NCBI GenBank assembly: GCA_965649765.1
Contig: OZ287751.1
Coordinates: forward strand, 66,960,001 to 67,024,000
DNA length: 64,000 nucleotides
From: Bispira polyomma
Lineage: Eukaryota
Direction of reading: 5' to 3'
Positions 38,601 through 53,600 of the stretch are shown one piece after another. Position 1 is the first letter of the stretch; every line of letters starts with the position of its first letter. Under the pieces are notes generated by a model, which was not told the origin of the DNA, did no database searches, and was given only the letters and a program-made list of their open reading frames with translations. The translations under genes were made by a program, and so were the position numbers.

Positions 38601-41600
38601 AAAAAGTTACAATAGTAAACACCTTTTATGGTCAACCACTTGTACTTACATTAAACCTAACCCAGTATGTTTTTATATTAACCACCAAAGTGATGTTAAA
38701 TATTAAAATAACAGTTTAAATATGTTACAGTTTGGACACTTTTCCGGATACTGTAGAATTTCTTTTATCCAAACATGTTGGGAGAGCAAGATTTTGTTCA
38801 AAAATTAAAATTTTGTTCAAAAATTAAAAATTGGATCAAATAGAAGATGCACTTAACATAAGACAATAGCAAAAAATTAGGCTGAGAGAGTGGAAATTAT
38901 TTTATATTTACTTTTAAAGTGGACATGAGCTGATGAACTTTAATATTCAGATTAAGAACTTCTGATAGAATAGGTTTTATTATTCAACTAGTATATTGAT
39001 GAAGACTGTGTGTTTTGTGTAAGCAATGCTGCAAACACAGGATGTTTTTCAAACAACACATTAAAACATTTGAGCAACAAAGAAGAATTTTCCACCCAGT
39101 TACCCATGCAGTAAACGAATGTAAACAGCCTTACAAAACGTTACACCCCTGGATACTGTAGAACTGGACATTTTAGCTGAAAGAAAATATTCACTTATCT
39201 GCAATATTTGAGTAATTTAGCTATCTTTCTGTCCAAATATCAATACAATTTTAAATGTTTACTGAGAATTAATTTTCAGTATCCTAACACATTAGCTAAC
39301 AATAATTCCAGGTGAAAGTTTCCACTTGTAGTACACATATTGTATCTTCTGCTTTTACTGCAAGACCAGAAATCATTAACTCAGACTCGTTCACTCAAGA
39401 CTCAGCTATGTAGACCAAAATATCACTGCTGAGTAAAAACAGTAGAAGTTCTGGTGAGCTGATTAAGTTAAGCTGGACCTTAGGGTCATTCCACAGGGTC
39501 CCTGGTGGGTGAACTTTAGTATGTACTAGCTGGGTCGCCCTCCAATTAATTCACCAAAATGCTAACCATCACTAAATCTCAGTGGACAGTAATTAAAAGT
39601 GCCTCAATAATGTGTTTCAACTTCACATGTTAAGCTCATCACATAAGGAGGCACCCTATGCTGCCCTTTTTCTTTCCTTGTCAATAATCCCAGATTAATA
39701 ATGCTCAAACACTTAAACATGCATATGGCAAGACAAACTCCTTCTCATTACAACCGAACCTCAATAAAACCCTAGTAATATAAAGATGCCTATGTATTAC
39801 CTTAGAAATCATACAGTAAACCTTCATCCCAGCGGATGAATTTCATATGCAGTTGTGTTTGATTTCAACAAAGTGCCGGTCTCGAATTGGTAGTCATTCT
39901 TGTAATTTATATGCTGCTCAAACCAAAAGGATCTCTCCCTGTGGGGCCGTTTCTATATTAGGGCTAGAACTGCTGCAAAGAATGAGATCAAGCAGCCGCT
40001 CACTAGCGTAGAAGATGGCAAACCAGATACCAAGATTCTGTTCGTTATGAATGCAAAATTCCAAAGCAAGAACCAGTTGACCAAAAATCATACAATTAAG
40101 AAGGAATATTGTTGCAATTTCACCATATTCACATAATACCAATAATTATTATTATGAGCAAGTTTAATACATTTTTGCATTTAGAAAAAAAAAACAATAA
40201 AATATTGCGGAATTTCATATGTATGCTGTTGGTTCAGAAAAGTGATGCATCAATGGACTGTGACAAATATAGAGATGATGTTTTGCCAATCAATCCTTAT
40301 TTTTTTACCAGCAAATAGCGCCGAAATATAGTATGTGTCAGAAAGCACTTTACAGCAAAGAAAATATAAATAATACATAGATAAAATGGTAACTTTATGT
40401 TCATCTTAACATAAATTCAAAGTTATTACACTGGTTTTTCGATGCATCGACTGATTAGGTGAGTGGGCGATAATCGATGCAAATGAATACTTTGCCTTGC
40501 AGCTCCAACATTACATGAGCGACAAGCCAATAGCCCGATAGTTATGAGTGCAGTCAAGGGCAGTTGAGGTCCTATTGTACAAGGGTGACTGTTCTCTCAC
40601 CTTTGGCGTGATCTTTGTCCAATATGACCGACGTTTTCTTCCACTCTTCCATACGTTCTTGCATTGGTACCACTAACACATCCAGTAGACATCTGAAAAT
40701 ATATCAAATGTAGATGCAATTCATCTTTCTTTGATTTTTATCTAAAACACTATTCCTGTAACCTACCAATATCATGAAGTATTTTAGAAATTTTTATCTT
40801 GAATAGTAACTTTTAGAAAAGACATGTGTTGACATGTGTGGAGAGTACGAATGGATGATGAGAGTCGTGTGATAAGCCAAGTCATGTACCTTCACTAAGC
40901 TGATCCTGAGTATTACGTGTAGTTTATTTTTTTGATAACCTAGCTGTGGACTATTGGCCCGTCATATAACATAATTCTTTTAATCAGCGAGTACATTGTG
41001 ACGTAATAAAATGTGCTTATTCATTGTGCAGTAATATGTCTTAACCAAACACCACAAGATTTGCCACATCGCAACATTTAATATTTGATCATGACTGTCT
41101 AATTTGCACGAAAATCTGACATACTTTGACTAAGTATAACTATAAACTTATTGCGTTAACAAATTATCATCTGGACACTGAAAATATGAACATCATATCT
41201 AAGATTTTATACATGGCTCAACATTCTTATAAGGATTAATATCCTCTTTCAAGCTGGATATGATGTATATGAGGTCCATTCTAAAGAGGTTGATAAATAG
41301 ATGGAAAGTACACATATTCTCCCATCAGTCTGCACTTTTCATATCTCTGTCATAGGTAATAAAGGTTGAGAGAAAAAATTAGAAGATTTCATAGTTCAAA
41401 GTACAATGTAGTTAGTATTCACACTTTTCATATTCATGTGTACATGTACATATTACTCCATTAACATTTACTTGACACAAATTTTTTATGTAAATATTGG
41501 GTCTACATTCTTGTAAATAGTCACAATTTAAAGTAAACCGCTGTCAGTTAGCCCATAGGCTTTTATCATGAGATGCCATTATTTTCCGTTAAGTATTAGA

Positions 41601-44600
41601 ACTATCAAAATTTATAACACATTGTGTGATACTCCAAGACAAAACAGCCCCAAAACAACAATTAAACACTTATTATACAGAAGTCATCTTGATCTAAAAT
41701 AACTTTTAAGTATAAATTTGTTGCTAATTAATTTAAACAGATGTTCAAATGGTACAAAAAGCTGAATTTCATGAATGTATGAGCATTGATACATATTTTG
41801 TGAGTTAATAAATGTAGACTCTAATCCCCATCTTGTCCCTAGAAGTACATTTAAAATACAGACTATTTCAGTAGCAAGATATTCCGCACGAAGCTTCATG
41901 TGTTGGCCAGTTGTAATGTTGTCGTGCTTAAGGTTGAAATTTTTTTCACAAACTTGGGCCACAACCAAGGCTAGTTCTAATGCCACACAATACTCCCAAT
42001 ACACTGCAAAAATGGTGTCAGGACCTTTTGCAGTAAACCTACTTGACCCCGGCTTTCTGAGTACATTTGCATGTCTTTGTTTGCTGAGTAAAACCGCCTG
42101 GCTTATTGTTTTTTATTGCTGTGTTAATACAAAACACTGCGTCACTAACAGCTAAATGTGTACACATAAAAGAGTCTACTGCATAAACTGCACCTCCAAT
42201 TTGTGTGAGACAAAGAACAAGAAAGTCACGAAAACAGAAAAAGGGACTTTAAAAATTTGTGTATTACCCAGATGACAAAAAAAACGTGGAAATAAAAATT
42301 TATTTTAAGAGCATGATAAAAACATTGATAACTACTTTTTTAAATTTTAATAGTCAGGTGAACCTTAAGCAAGCAGTACAGAAAACATTAAGGCATTAAA
42401 AATTTGAGACCAAGCTGGTCACAAAACTCTGAAAAGATATTTGCACCTGAGCAATGCAAAGCTTCCCTAGCTTAACTTGCCTCAGGCTCTCAAAATATCC
42501 CCCTTTCACTTTTTGCTTACTTTTATTCTTTGCTTTAAATAAATAAGTTGCTAGATTACTAGTTGAGATATACTTCCAGGGCCAATGTTTATAAGATATA
42601 TTTATTACTTGGGGATCAATGCCAAAAAGTGAAGTCACCTGGAAAATCAGACAAACTTACCAAAAGACATAATGTACTTAATATTGCTACTTAAATAGGT
42701 AAAAAACAGAAAGAACCAAAACCTAACAGGATTTTTCAGTGTAGAGTTTTAGTAATACATCAATGACAGTAAATAGTGTCTGAAGATCTGATATACATAG
42801 TGTATACAGTGTGCACACATAACCTCAAGGAACCCACCACCTCCCATACAACTCAGGCCTAAAGCCAGCCAACAACAGCTCAAATTGAGTGAAATCGATT
42901 GGCATTGTGCATTTATTGCCACATGGTCATTGATGCAGAAATGTGTCCCCAACAGAGAAAAACAAACCGGCTCACACATTTATATTGAACCGGAGAAGTA
43001 TGCTCTCTAAAGTGGCGTTAATCCAGCATAATATAATTACATAAAAGCACTACTGACGTGTTGAATATTTAACATCAAAGTCTGCCAAAGAGTAAGTTAC
43101 CTTCTATTTATGACATACTGCTCAAGGATTAGGCAACAATTGTGATAAATTCTTCTATAAAAAGTTAGTCCAATTATACTGGCACACCTTCTGGCCACTT
43201 GTATTATGACAGTAAATATTTTTCAATCAAAACCTTTCATTGTATTGTATTTTACTTTGCATTTTTAATGTGCCTTATTGATGTGAGGCATCTTCAAAAG
43301 TGCAACAACAGAATCAATTAAGCAATCGAAAAGTCCCAAAAAACATAACCAGGTGATAATAATAGATGTGTGGGTATACAGGGAGGGAATTAAAGAGGGG
43401 TAAGCAAGTTTCAAGAGATAGGTTAAGTATTCTCCTAAACCCAGACAGTGTTTCTAGTGATCGAAGCTCAACTGGGAGACTATTCCATAACATGGGGTAG
43501 CAATTCAGCAAACTCTAAGTACAAACCTTTTAGTGGGTTTTATAAAGAAAACAAAAAGCCTCTTTCCTCTCCTAAGGTTACTGATGGAAAGACGAGTAGC
43601 CATATAGAAGGGCTGTTTAGATACAACAGCTTCAAAAGTGGTGACATGGATTTTAAACAAAATTCTACAATGTTAATGGAAAGCCAATGTAATTTTTTGA
43701 GGTATGGAAAGACATCAGTATTGATACCAAGACGAAAAAATTATCATACATAGATAGTATTGAATGGACAGTAATAACTAGTTTATGTGAGACTTTTTTA
43801 CCCCAAACAGAAGGGAATTGCAGTAGTTGAGGCGGCTACTTACAAAGGAATTAGCCACAGTTACAGCAGTATGATACTGATTCTATCACTTTCTCTACTA
43901 CCACAGAAACTATTTGCAGGTACCTGTTGCTAAATGTTTAATCACTTACATTAGTTGATATAACCAGCCTATGTAGGTGTTGGCCTGTAAACCCCCATAT
44001 TTGTTTACCATAAACTATTTTATTCTCCTCCAAATCAGCCAGAAAATCAAACACATGGAAATTGTATAATGTTTTTGGGTGTCAGTTTTCTTAAGTCAGA
44101 CTTTTATCTGATTAGCAGAAACATGGAACAGGACATATAGTTTAATTACAGAATACAAGACTTACGAGGAAAACGCCTTCAATTTCCCCTCAATACTTCT
44201 GTGTCTCATACAAAGTCTGGTGAGAGCCGAGCCGATCTCTCTGGTGGCTCCTACAAATACACAACAAATACATTAAATACATTAGTAATTTAGTACAATG
44301 AAATCTTGATCTCATCATATGCTACATATACCACCATATGCTACAAAAACCACTGAAACTAAATTAAGGGTTTTGCTTTTATACTTGGGGTGGGGTGGCG
44401 CGTTGCGGCTGAAAATTTTACAGTCCAATATGATATTGCATTGGTTTCACATACAAGCCGTACAACCATGAGCAGTTGGCATGGCAAATTGTACAACATT
44501 TTCTAACTTGCCACTTGATAATCTGTACTATGTTGGTTTTTTCATTAGCGTTTTGGGATTTACTCAATCACATGTTAAAAATCTTTTCATGGAAAGTCGT

Positions 44601-47600
44601 ACTTAGTGTGACATGTGTAGAAAGAACTGCATCCTCCACAGGGATCAAAATTTGTGCTGTGACATGCTGCGCCACGCTGCATCCTTACTATATACAAGGC
44701 CCTTAATGGTTTCATATAAAACATTTAAATGGACAAACAGTACTTTCAATACACAAAGACCAGTTGTAAACACACATGACATCAGATCAGTGAAAATAAC
44801 ATGCAGAGATTCTTCAAATGGTAACAAAGAAGTAAACAAATTTAAAACACACTTACAAAACCCAGGATATGACCCAATTTAATTGTTATTTTCTTTATAA
44901 AACTACTCAATTTATGGAACTCTATGGCACTGAGAAACCTCTTAAAAAGTAGTAGTACCCTTTATTTCATAATGTAATTCAAACTTATGAGGTCAAGATT
45001 ATCAGCACCAGTCATGGCCATAAATAAAAACCACAAACAAGGAATTTACCCAAACGAAAAGGATATGACGAACAAAATCCCCTATATAAGTTTACTGGTA
45101 CAACATATCACTAACTGTTATGGGATAAACACTCTCATTCATAGCATTTGATATTACTGTGTCTATTATGTTCACTGAACATGTAGATGTAGCCTGTAAA
45201 TACAGTTGAAATCAATTTCCCGGACAAAAATGTTAAGTCATGTTATATGTAGAAGTTTGTATATATTTATCCTATTTAGTGAGGTACCATTGTTTTCATT
45301 AAGATTTACCCTGTTAAAAATCCTACATAAGTTAAAAAAGGACAGTAGACTTAGAATAAGTAGCAGAGTAAGTAGACTTGTAGAACTTAAATTCATGCAC
45401 AACTTGAACCAATTTTGTGCTCCTAATACTTTAAAATAAAGAATTTAGGCTCAAATAAATGACACCTGTGGATTTGCCCACTGTAAAAAGTGTCAAATAT
45501 TTTCAGAGTGAAGATTTCTAAAGTCATAAAAAAACAGAAAATAAATGGGATATATAAGACCCACTTATATGCCAGTGTAGCTGTGTTAGGGTATAATTCA
45601 AGTGGATTAGAGTTTTGAGTTATAAGTTTTGTAAATTGTCTTCAACAGGCTTTCTTCACATTTTATGTTTACACATTTTCCTCATAATATATTATATTAC
45701 TCACACCAGATTTGAAGCCAATAATTTAATAACACAGCTGAAGTGTGCTTTTTCACAAACTTACATTAATGATGAAATGGTTGAAATACTTTTTTTTTAA
45801 TTTTTATTTAGTTTTACAGCTGAAGGAAAGTACATTTTCACCTGTGAGGGCTTTAGTAAAGCCATATGTTGTGAAGAAGTCACAATGTCAATACTAAGCT
45901 GACATAAAAATCTGGAACATTAAGCAGGTTTGCACTCAATATGTAGCCAAAATAGATACCAAATAAGTTTCATTCATTTGGGAGCTCTCAACATCTTGAA
46001 ACAGAATTTATTGACAACTATCCACTACCCCATTACAAGGGAGAACCCTGACTCCAACACGACAGTTTTTTCTGAAGATACTATTATTAAATCACAAGTG
46101 GGAAAAATACACATTTAAATACAACCCAATCCTGTCAGTCTCTCAAAACTGGGCAGAAATAGAGAAACCTTCACTGCCTTCCTATCTATTTATACAAACA
46201 GTGACCAGAAATTCTTTGACAACCTTTCCTTTTACACAATTTGCACAGATGTGTTAACATAGTAGAGTTGACCTTGGTAGTAGTAATCAAACTCAATAAT
46301 GCTAAGGTGCTACAATAAGCTTGCTGAAGGCTCCGGTTTTTACTCAATAATATACTAGTTTAATTTATGTTTGGGTTTAATGTTGCTTTATACAACTGTG
46401 TATTATCTTATCAGATCACAAGGTGCAGTAGTTAAGTTTTTTTTGGACCAAGAAAAGCGGAGTAGGGTTGTCGGTCATAATTTCTGAATTGTATTGTATT
46501 GTACATTTCTAACGCGCCTTATTGATGCTAGGCATCTTCTAAGGAGCAACATCAGAATTGCAAACTACCAGCCTTCAGCAAGTCCACTGCCCACTTTCTT
46601 ACATACATGCTGGGGCAGAGATTGGAACTTATGCCTGCAGAGGTGGGAGGTGTGAGTCTTACCTCTTTACCATTGAGGCCCCTAACTCTTCTAGAATTAT
46701 AATTAAAAATTTTATAAGTTCATACACAACACAACATTCTGTATAAACATACTGTTATTAGTGTTATATCTCTGAGAAGAGAATGACTCTTTTCTTTGAA
46801 GTGAAATACATTTATCAAAAACCCCCACAATAATCCCCAGGAATAGATACATTGGTGAAAAGTTGTATTTTACACTATTATATATACAGGGAATTTTCCG
46901 AGCACAGACCATTAGCCCAGACTTTCATAACAGCCCAACAAGGTGCAAGCATGAGCCTGCTGTTAGGCTAGGTGCAGCTGGGAAAGGACAGAATTGATCT
47001 TTTCACATTTTACAGCCCACATTGGACATGTAACATCTTGAACATGCTCATGCAGTTATTCAACAGTAGAACTGTAACAGAAAAAAAGCTGTAATGAACA
47101 TTTAGAATGAGAAACTAGACCTATTTTCTATCAATTCTAACAGCATATCCTACTAATCATGTAAGGTTGTATACTACATTAATTTTAAATAATTTAAAAC
47201 AAATGAAAGAAACCTTTCACTTAAATGCTGAAGGTGGTGTTAAATATATAAAGATTGTCATACTTTCAAATTTTTCTTTGTAAATTAAAGTCAGTTTTAG
47301 AGCTTCCTAAAATGGTGAGCTGATTTTATGGCAATGTAAAACCCACACTTGTAATGCACACAATATGGATGGATTTAAAGCAAACAAACCCTTGATATTA
47401 AAACTTACTGAAGAGATCTTGAGGTAATATTATCTGTGTACATTGGAAATTAACTGCAAAAACACTTATAGAGCAGAGCAGATCTCCCTAATTATACAGA
47501 GACACTGGGTATATAAAGTTAATTGTGGGTCTAGCCTTGAGGGTGGACTGTAGTGGTAAACTAACTGAACTAAGTGGACCAAACAAGTCCAGAAAGGTGT

Positions 47601-50600
47601 AGCAGTTGGATTTAGTTATCCGAGATAATCTGAATATCCTCAAGCTGAGGTGGCATTTGGTTTTTATCACAGTTTCTAAATGTAAAAATTTGATTTTAAG
47701 GGGTAAGAATTTACCTCTGGGCAAAATGCAGAACTGGGATATATTCTAAACATATCCAAGGCTTGGCACAGAATTTTTGACAGTCAGCCACTTAAAAATA
47801 ATAAGCATTTTAAAGAATTAATATTTAATTCCACCTTCACAAAACTGTTAATGTTCTTTGCATATGTTTGATCTTCTACAATTTATTATCACAACTATTT
47901 TTAGACCATAACTTTTAAGATCTCATAAAAAAATTTTGTTTCATTTCTTCTCACAGATAAGTAAAATAGAAGCAGTTCACCATCAGCTCATCTTGATATA
48001 GAGAAGGTAAGTTTAAGTTGCCTAGTTACTAATCATTAATACTTCACTCAGAATACACACAATAACATTGAGCAGTGATATTTTCCGTTATCCACATTAT
48101 ATATAGAATTTATTGTATTGGCACTAGGCATCCTTGGGTTCATCCTTCACAGTCTATCTCCCCACACACACAGAACTACACCATCTAACAAAACAGCCAG
48201 TGAGTGAAGATAGACAGGACTATCATGATGACTAGAAATACTCACTCACTGAGTAATGGTTCACAGACATCACACAATATTGTCAAGACCTCAAATTTCA
48301 AATTGTGACTAAAGTGTCTGACGTTGGTTTTATTGTATGTAATACCTTTATTATTATTACTTTTTGTAAACAAACAGGACACTGTAATAAACGAAATTCT
48401 ATTCTATTCATTCTGTAACTGGTAAAACTATTGTAGAAATAGGCTTTTAGTTAAATGTCACTTTCAACACGTTTTGTGTGACACAAACTGTGTCACATCA
48501 CAACAGACAGTTCACTGGTATAGGAAATCTAAGCTGGGTAGTTCAGGTCACACTGTACAACTGAGTATTATATTATGAGGGACAGTGTATTGGTCAAGGA
48601 ACTCAAAACTGGTCAGTTGGTCAAGGATTTTGGCTTTGCAAACCACCAGCCTTCACCAAATCTACTCCAACTTTCCTTTCTCACATCTATACCAGAGCCG
48701 AGATTTAAACCCACAACTGCAAAAATGAACGGGTATTTACAACTGCAATAGCGAGAGGGTGTTAGATATTGCAGATATGCCCCAGTGGTTTAGAAAAGAC
48801 ATCGGAGACTTGGTTTTGTTTAAGCTATTAATGGTATATTAATATATAGGCTGTTCTTAGTCTGATAAGACTACTAACACGACACAGCTTTTTCTGCAAT
48901 TCTGATGGTAGAAAGCTTTGGTAAAATTCAGTATATTCTCATTGGCCGTTTTCATCTGTAAGATTGATTTCCAGAAGAAAATAGCTCCTCCAGAAAATGT
49001 AATATTGCAGTAAATATAGCCTCCAATTGTGGTAAATTCTGTAAATATACCTGGTTTGTCATCGGTTAATTATACCTCCAGCTGTTAGTTCAGATATTGA
49101 CACATGTATCTGATCGGACATTTGTTAACTCAAGGTAGATATGGTATTTGATAGCACCACATGTAGGCCTTTGCCTATTGATAACTGTGGGTTTGCTGAT
49201 ATATCACAGCCTTTTGTGGTATATGTATAGGTAAGGAAGGTAACCCCTCTGTATTGTGCCAGAAAAACATCAAGAACCAATATACATTTTTGAGCAATAA
49301 TAGTGCTGCTTTAACAAGGTGAACTTTGACCAATTTACTAAATTCATCATACCAACAGGACAGTTGACCAAAATAAAACATAAAGCAACTTGGACATGAT
49401 TAAATGATTACTAAATTGTATTCCATTTATTAAGATATTGAATTCAAAAAAAGAATAAAGTACCTAGGATTATTTAAGGGAGAGTACGTACCTAGGATTA
49501 TTTAAGGGAGAGTACTAGAACTCCCTAAATAAACATACAATCACAATACTCTGGCCTCCAGACAACACTACAGAATCCATAACATTTAGGTTAGCCTGCT
49601 CTAAATCAAGTTTTATTGGTCAGAAAAGGTTAAATCTGGCCCAGTAAGGATCCGCAATTTATCTAAAGCAATATTACACTGTATCGTCTTTGACATAAGC
49701 AATTGCATCTGGGAATCTCTATATATGTTCCTCAATTTAGTGGGTAGGTTACAAGATACAGGCTGAGTTAGCAATGTTAACTTAATAACAGTTGACCAAT
49801 CAAGATAAATGTGACACAGGCAGACATTAAAGAGGCCAATGATAGGATCACAAGACACTGTTCTCCATCACACAAAGGCAATCATAGGACCAGACCCAGA
49901 TAGTTCAGCTTGTGCTAATTAATTTAATCTCTCCTCATTAGTCTCTACTCTATTCAGCCTCATATAAAGGAATTTTGTCATCAGCCCCCTTTTTACCCCG
50001 ACTGAAACTGGGGAGTTTTATAATCCACATATTACTGGTTCATCTTTCACAGTAAAAAAAGTCCAAATGAACTATCCATACCAGATCCATACCAATGATG
50101 TTTTCACTATTGTGGGACAAACTGTGCTCATATTGCTGACATATGTCCAGTCATCTGCTAAATTTTAACCCACTCTTATTTATGTAAAGATAAATAAGAG
50201 TGAGCCATGGCTGTACAATGTTTGAAAACGTTGCATAAAATATTACAAAGTATTCCTTGTGTGCATGTTTCTTGATGCTATATGTCGTTTCAGTATCGTT
50301 TACGTTCTGTCCTTTCTACAACGACTATTTCAAACTGTTTGAAATGATCATGGCAGGGCTCTCGATTTCTGTATTCGTCAGTGGTCATCACAAAACTATG
50401 AATTAAGTAGCACTAAGTAGCAGTGATAAACTACTAATTGGCTGTACGTTGAAAATTTGTTGTTTAACGTAACTAAATAACGTTACTAAATGTTACCAGA
50501 CGTTACTCAACCTCCCTTAACGAGGCCAAATACTGACAACGACGTCATAATACATTCGTTTTCACTACAACACTGAGTGCTACGTTTAAACTTACATACA

Positions 50601-53600
50601 GACTTTACAGTAAGATGATTTGTGTATGTGTGACCAGGCCATAATTATAAAAGACAAGAATTCAGAAATTCTTGAGATTTCCCCCTTGAAATAATAAAAG
50701 ACATAACAAAAGCAACCAAGCTACAAAATAACTGCTGATATTCCATGGACATTGCAAATGTCGAGTCCTTCAAACAGTTCTTTGCCAAGTCCATATTTCC
50801 CAAGTTTAATAAATAAACTCAATGTCAAACTTGAACTGAAATACTGCCTTTATAAAAACATCCCTTGTACACAGAAATATTAGATACTAAGAACTAGTTG
50901 CCAGTATAAGCCTAGGGCCTGAATGGTGATTTTAAATATGAACTTTAATATTTTCAGTCTACAGTGACAAGGAGAGCTCGTATTGTGTCTGGTTTTAAAA
51001 GTCTGGACTGAACTTAGTTAATTATGAAAATGTCTGTAAAGCGAGTTAATATTTGTGACTATGTCTCATGCTGACACAACTCATTACTGCCAAGTTTTAA
51101 AATTGCCAACACAAAGAACTTTTATATGAATAGCTCACTGATCGGGTAAATAATTTAAGAACAGTGTACACAGAAAATACTAGTACCATAAGGACCCATA
51201 AACACACTACAAAGCAGCCAATTTTTTTCAGTTCAATGTTTACCATTTCGAAATTCTGTTTTACCTTATTATCAGCATATCAGTGTCCATTTTAGAAGAA
51301 ACAAAAGACCGTCACATTGGTCAACTTACAGAACAATATACACATGTACATGTTTATATCTTTCACACCTGAAAATGTTATGAGAAATTCTTCTTTAAAA
51401 GATCTAAATTTGTACATAATGTACAGTATATGAAAAACTTTTGGGTTCATCCTTACAAAACAGATAGAGATATCATTCCAACTGAAGTGTTACCCCTTAA
51501 ATATACATCTTTTTGCTCTGTGTGTAAAGTTTAATGTAAAAAACATTATGCAAACACTCAGGAGAAATCTGACCGTATGACTCCGAGGCATATTACCCTA
51601 CAAAAATACTGTTAGCTTTTGAGAGTATTATTGTGGACTTTCAATTGTACCCTAGTTAAAGACAACTGTTATTACTAACAACACACATCAAACGTGGATA
51701 ATAACTTTACTATTATTCACTGTTATTTCTATATATGGTTGAATATTATCCAGGCAACAGCCAGGCTGGTACATTATTAAAAGACAGCTGGTTTCACTAA
51801 AGTTATGTGGAATTAATGGATCTGTAAAAACTACTAATTGGATGTTATGTGCTGGTTCCGCTCTCCATCTCGCTCATGTTCGCGTAAACGCCCATTCCTA
51901 ACTTTTTAAATATTACGGAAAACGGCCAATTAATTTTGCAAAAAAAGTATTATATAACAACAAATAGCATAAAGAAACTATCAAAAATCAATGTTTTTAT
52001 GTGCAAAACTTTGTAAAACATACCAGTTTAAGGTAACTTGGTCATATAAACAGCCATCATTTGCGCTTCCTGTGTACACTAACAATGGTGACCTTTTCTC
52101 ACCTGGGAGCACCGGTAATTTCCGGTACACAGTTGAAGATAAAAACAACAAAATGGGGCTGTTTTTCGCAAGAAATTGTATGGATTTGTTGATTATTCTA
52201 TTTGACAGATGAAATAGGTGAGTTTTATGTCATTTTATAGCAAAAAAACGAGTTCGCATAACGGCCCATTCTTGCAAACGCCCACCCCCAACTTTTTTTA
52301 ATTTGTCATTTTCGCCCCTGGCACTTCCGAGAGCGGAACCAGTTTAACCTTCATTCGTCCTGAACCTGAAATAAATTACTGCCATTTAACGTAATTCATT
52401 TTGGTTTTCATTCTGTTATTTTTGCTGCCTTAACATTTTTTGAGATCATTTCAGGTTAAAGTTTCAGACATTTGGCAATAAGTTAAAGTCTTCTTTCATC
52501 TTATTTACTAATATTTATATTCTGTATGTCAGAAAGATAAGGCATTTTTTTGGAGGGGGCAAATTCTTATTCTCTGATAGATTTATTTGGCAATATAAGC
52601 AGTATATATGGACCAAATTAAATATTATGTAATTAAATATTACGTTAGCTTTACACTAGAATCTCTATTATCGAAACATGTTGGGCAAGATTTTGTTTGG
52701 ATAATAGAAGGCTCATAAAATGGAAGAGGTATTTCTGTATAATATAATAGGAAAAATAATTTGGCAAACTGTAAATCAGTTTATAAATCTGACTATTTGC
52801 ACTATAGATGTTTGTAACGATAAAAGTAAAACTGTACATATTATAAAAGTAGCTGGACTTTTTATTATTATTTGATTGTATTTCTTATTTTTCAATCACC
52901 ATATGGCAAAAAGGCATTAACTAGTTCTGTTGAAGGTGTTCAGCCTATTACAGTTGCCATGGTGTACCGGTAGCTGTGAAGTGTCCTCCTCTGAAGTGCT
53001 GTCTGAGAGGTCACACCTCTGAACTCATGTTGCCACCTGTCAGGTATTACATTTGTTTTCAGAAAACTAATTGAAACTGTTGATAAGGAGGCTCATTTTA
53101 CCAGTCAATACTTCCTTCTTTGGTTTGAGGACCCATTCTGACATTTGACACGACATGGGACATGTTTTTGTAGTTGTAAACCGTTGTACACATCAAGTTG
53201 GCAAGAGACAGAGATCTTTTTGTTTTTCCACCTTGGACAAATGACAGTTTGGCATTAATGCAGTAAAAGTAGCTGGAACCAAGAATGGGGTTGCCCTTGA
53301 TTGTAATCTCCATTTACATCAATATCTTGTACTTAATTTGTCAAATGATAAGATTTCTAATACAAAATGGCAAAATTAGTTGCTTTCTTCAACCTCTTAC
53401 AACCTCCATTTTCGTATTCTGTGTCTGAAGCTTTAAATGACAGATATTACGTTTAAGTGCATGGTGTTGTAATCTGGGAAAGGATGTTATAAATTTGGCA
53501 CAAAAGTTTATCATGCATTAAACTATACTCGTAGTTTTTTATTTGTGCTAGAGAACTTTATATAATATCTGTTAAAACATCTCAAACAACCTATATAGAC

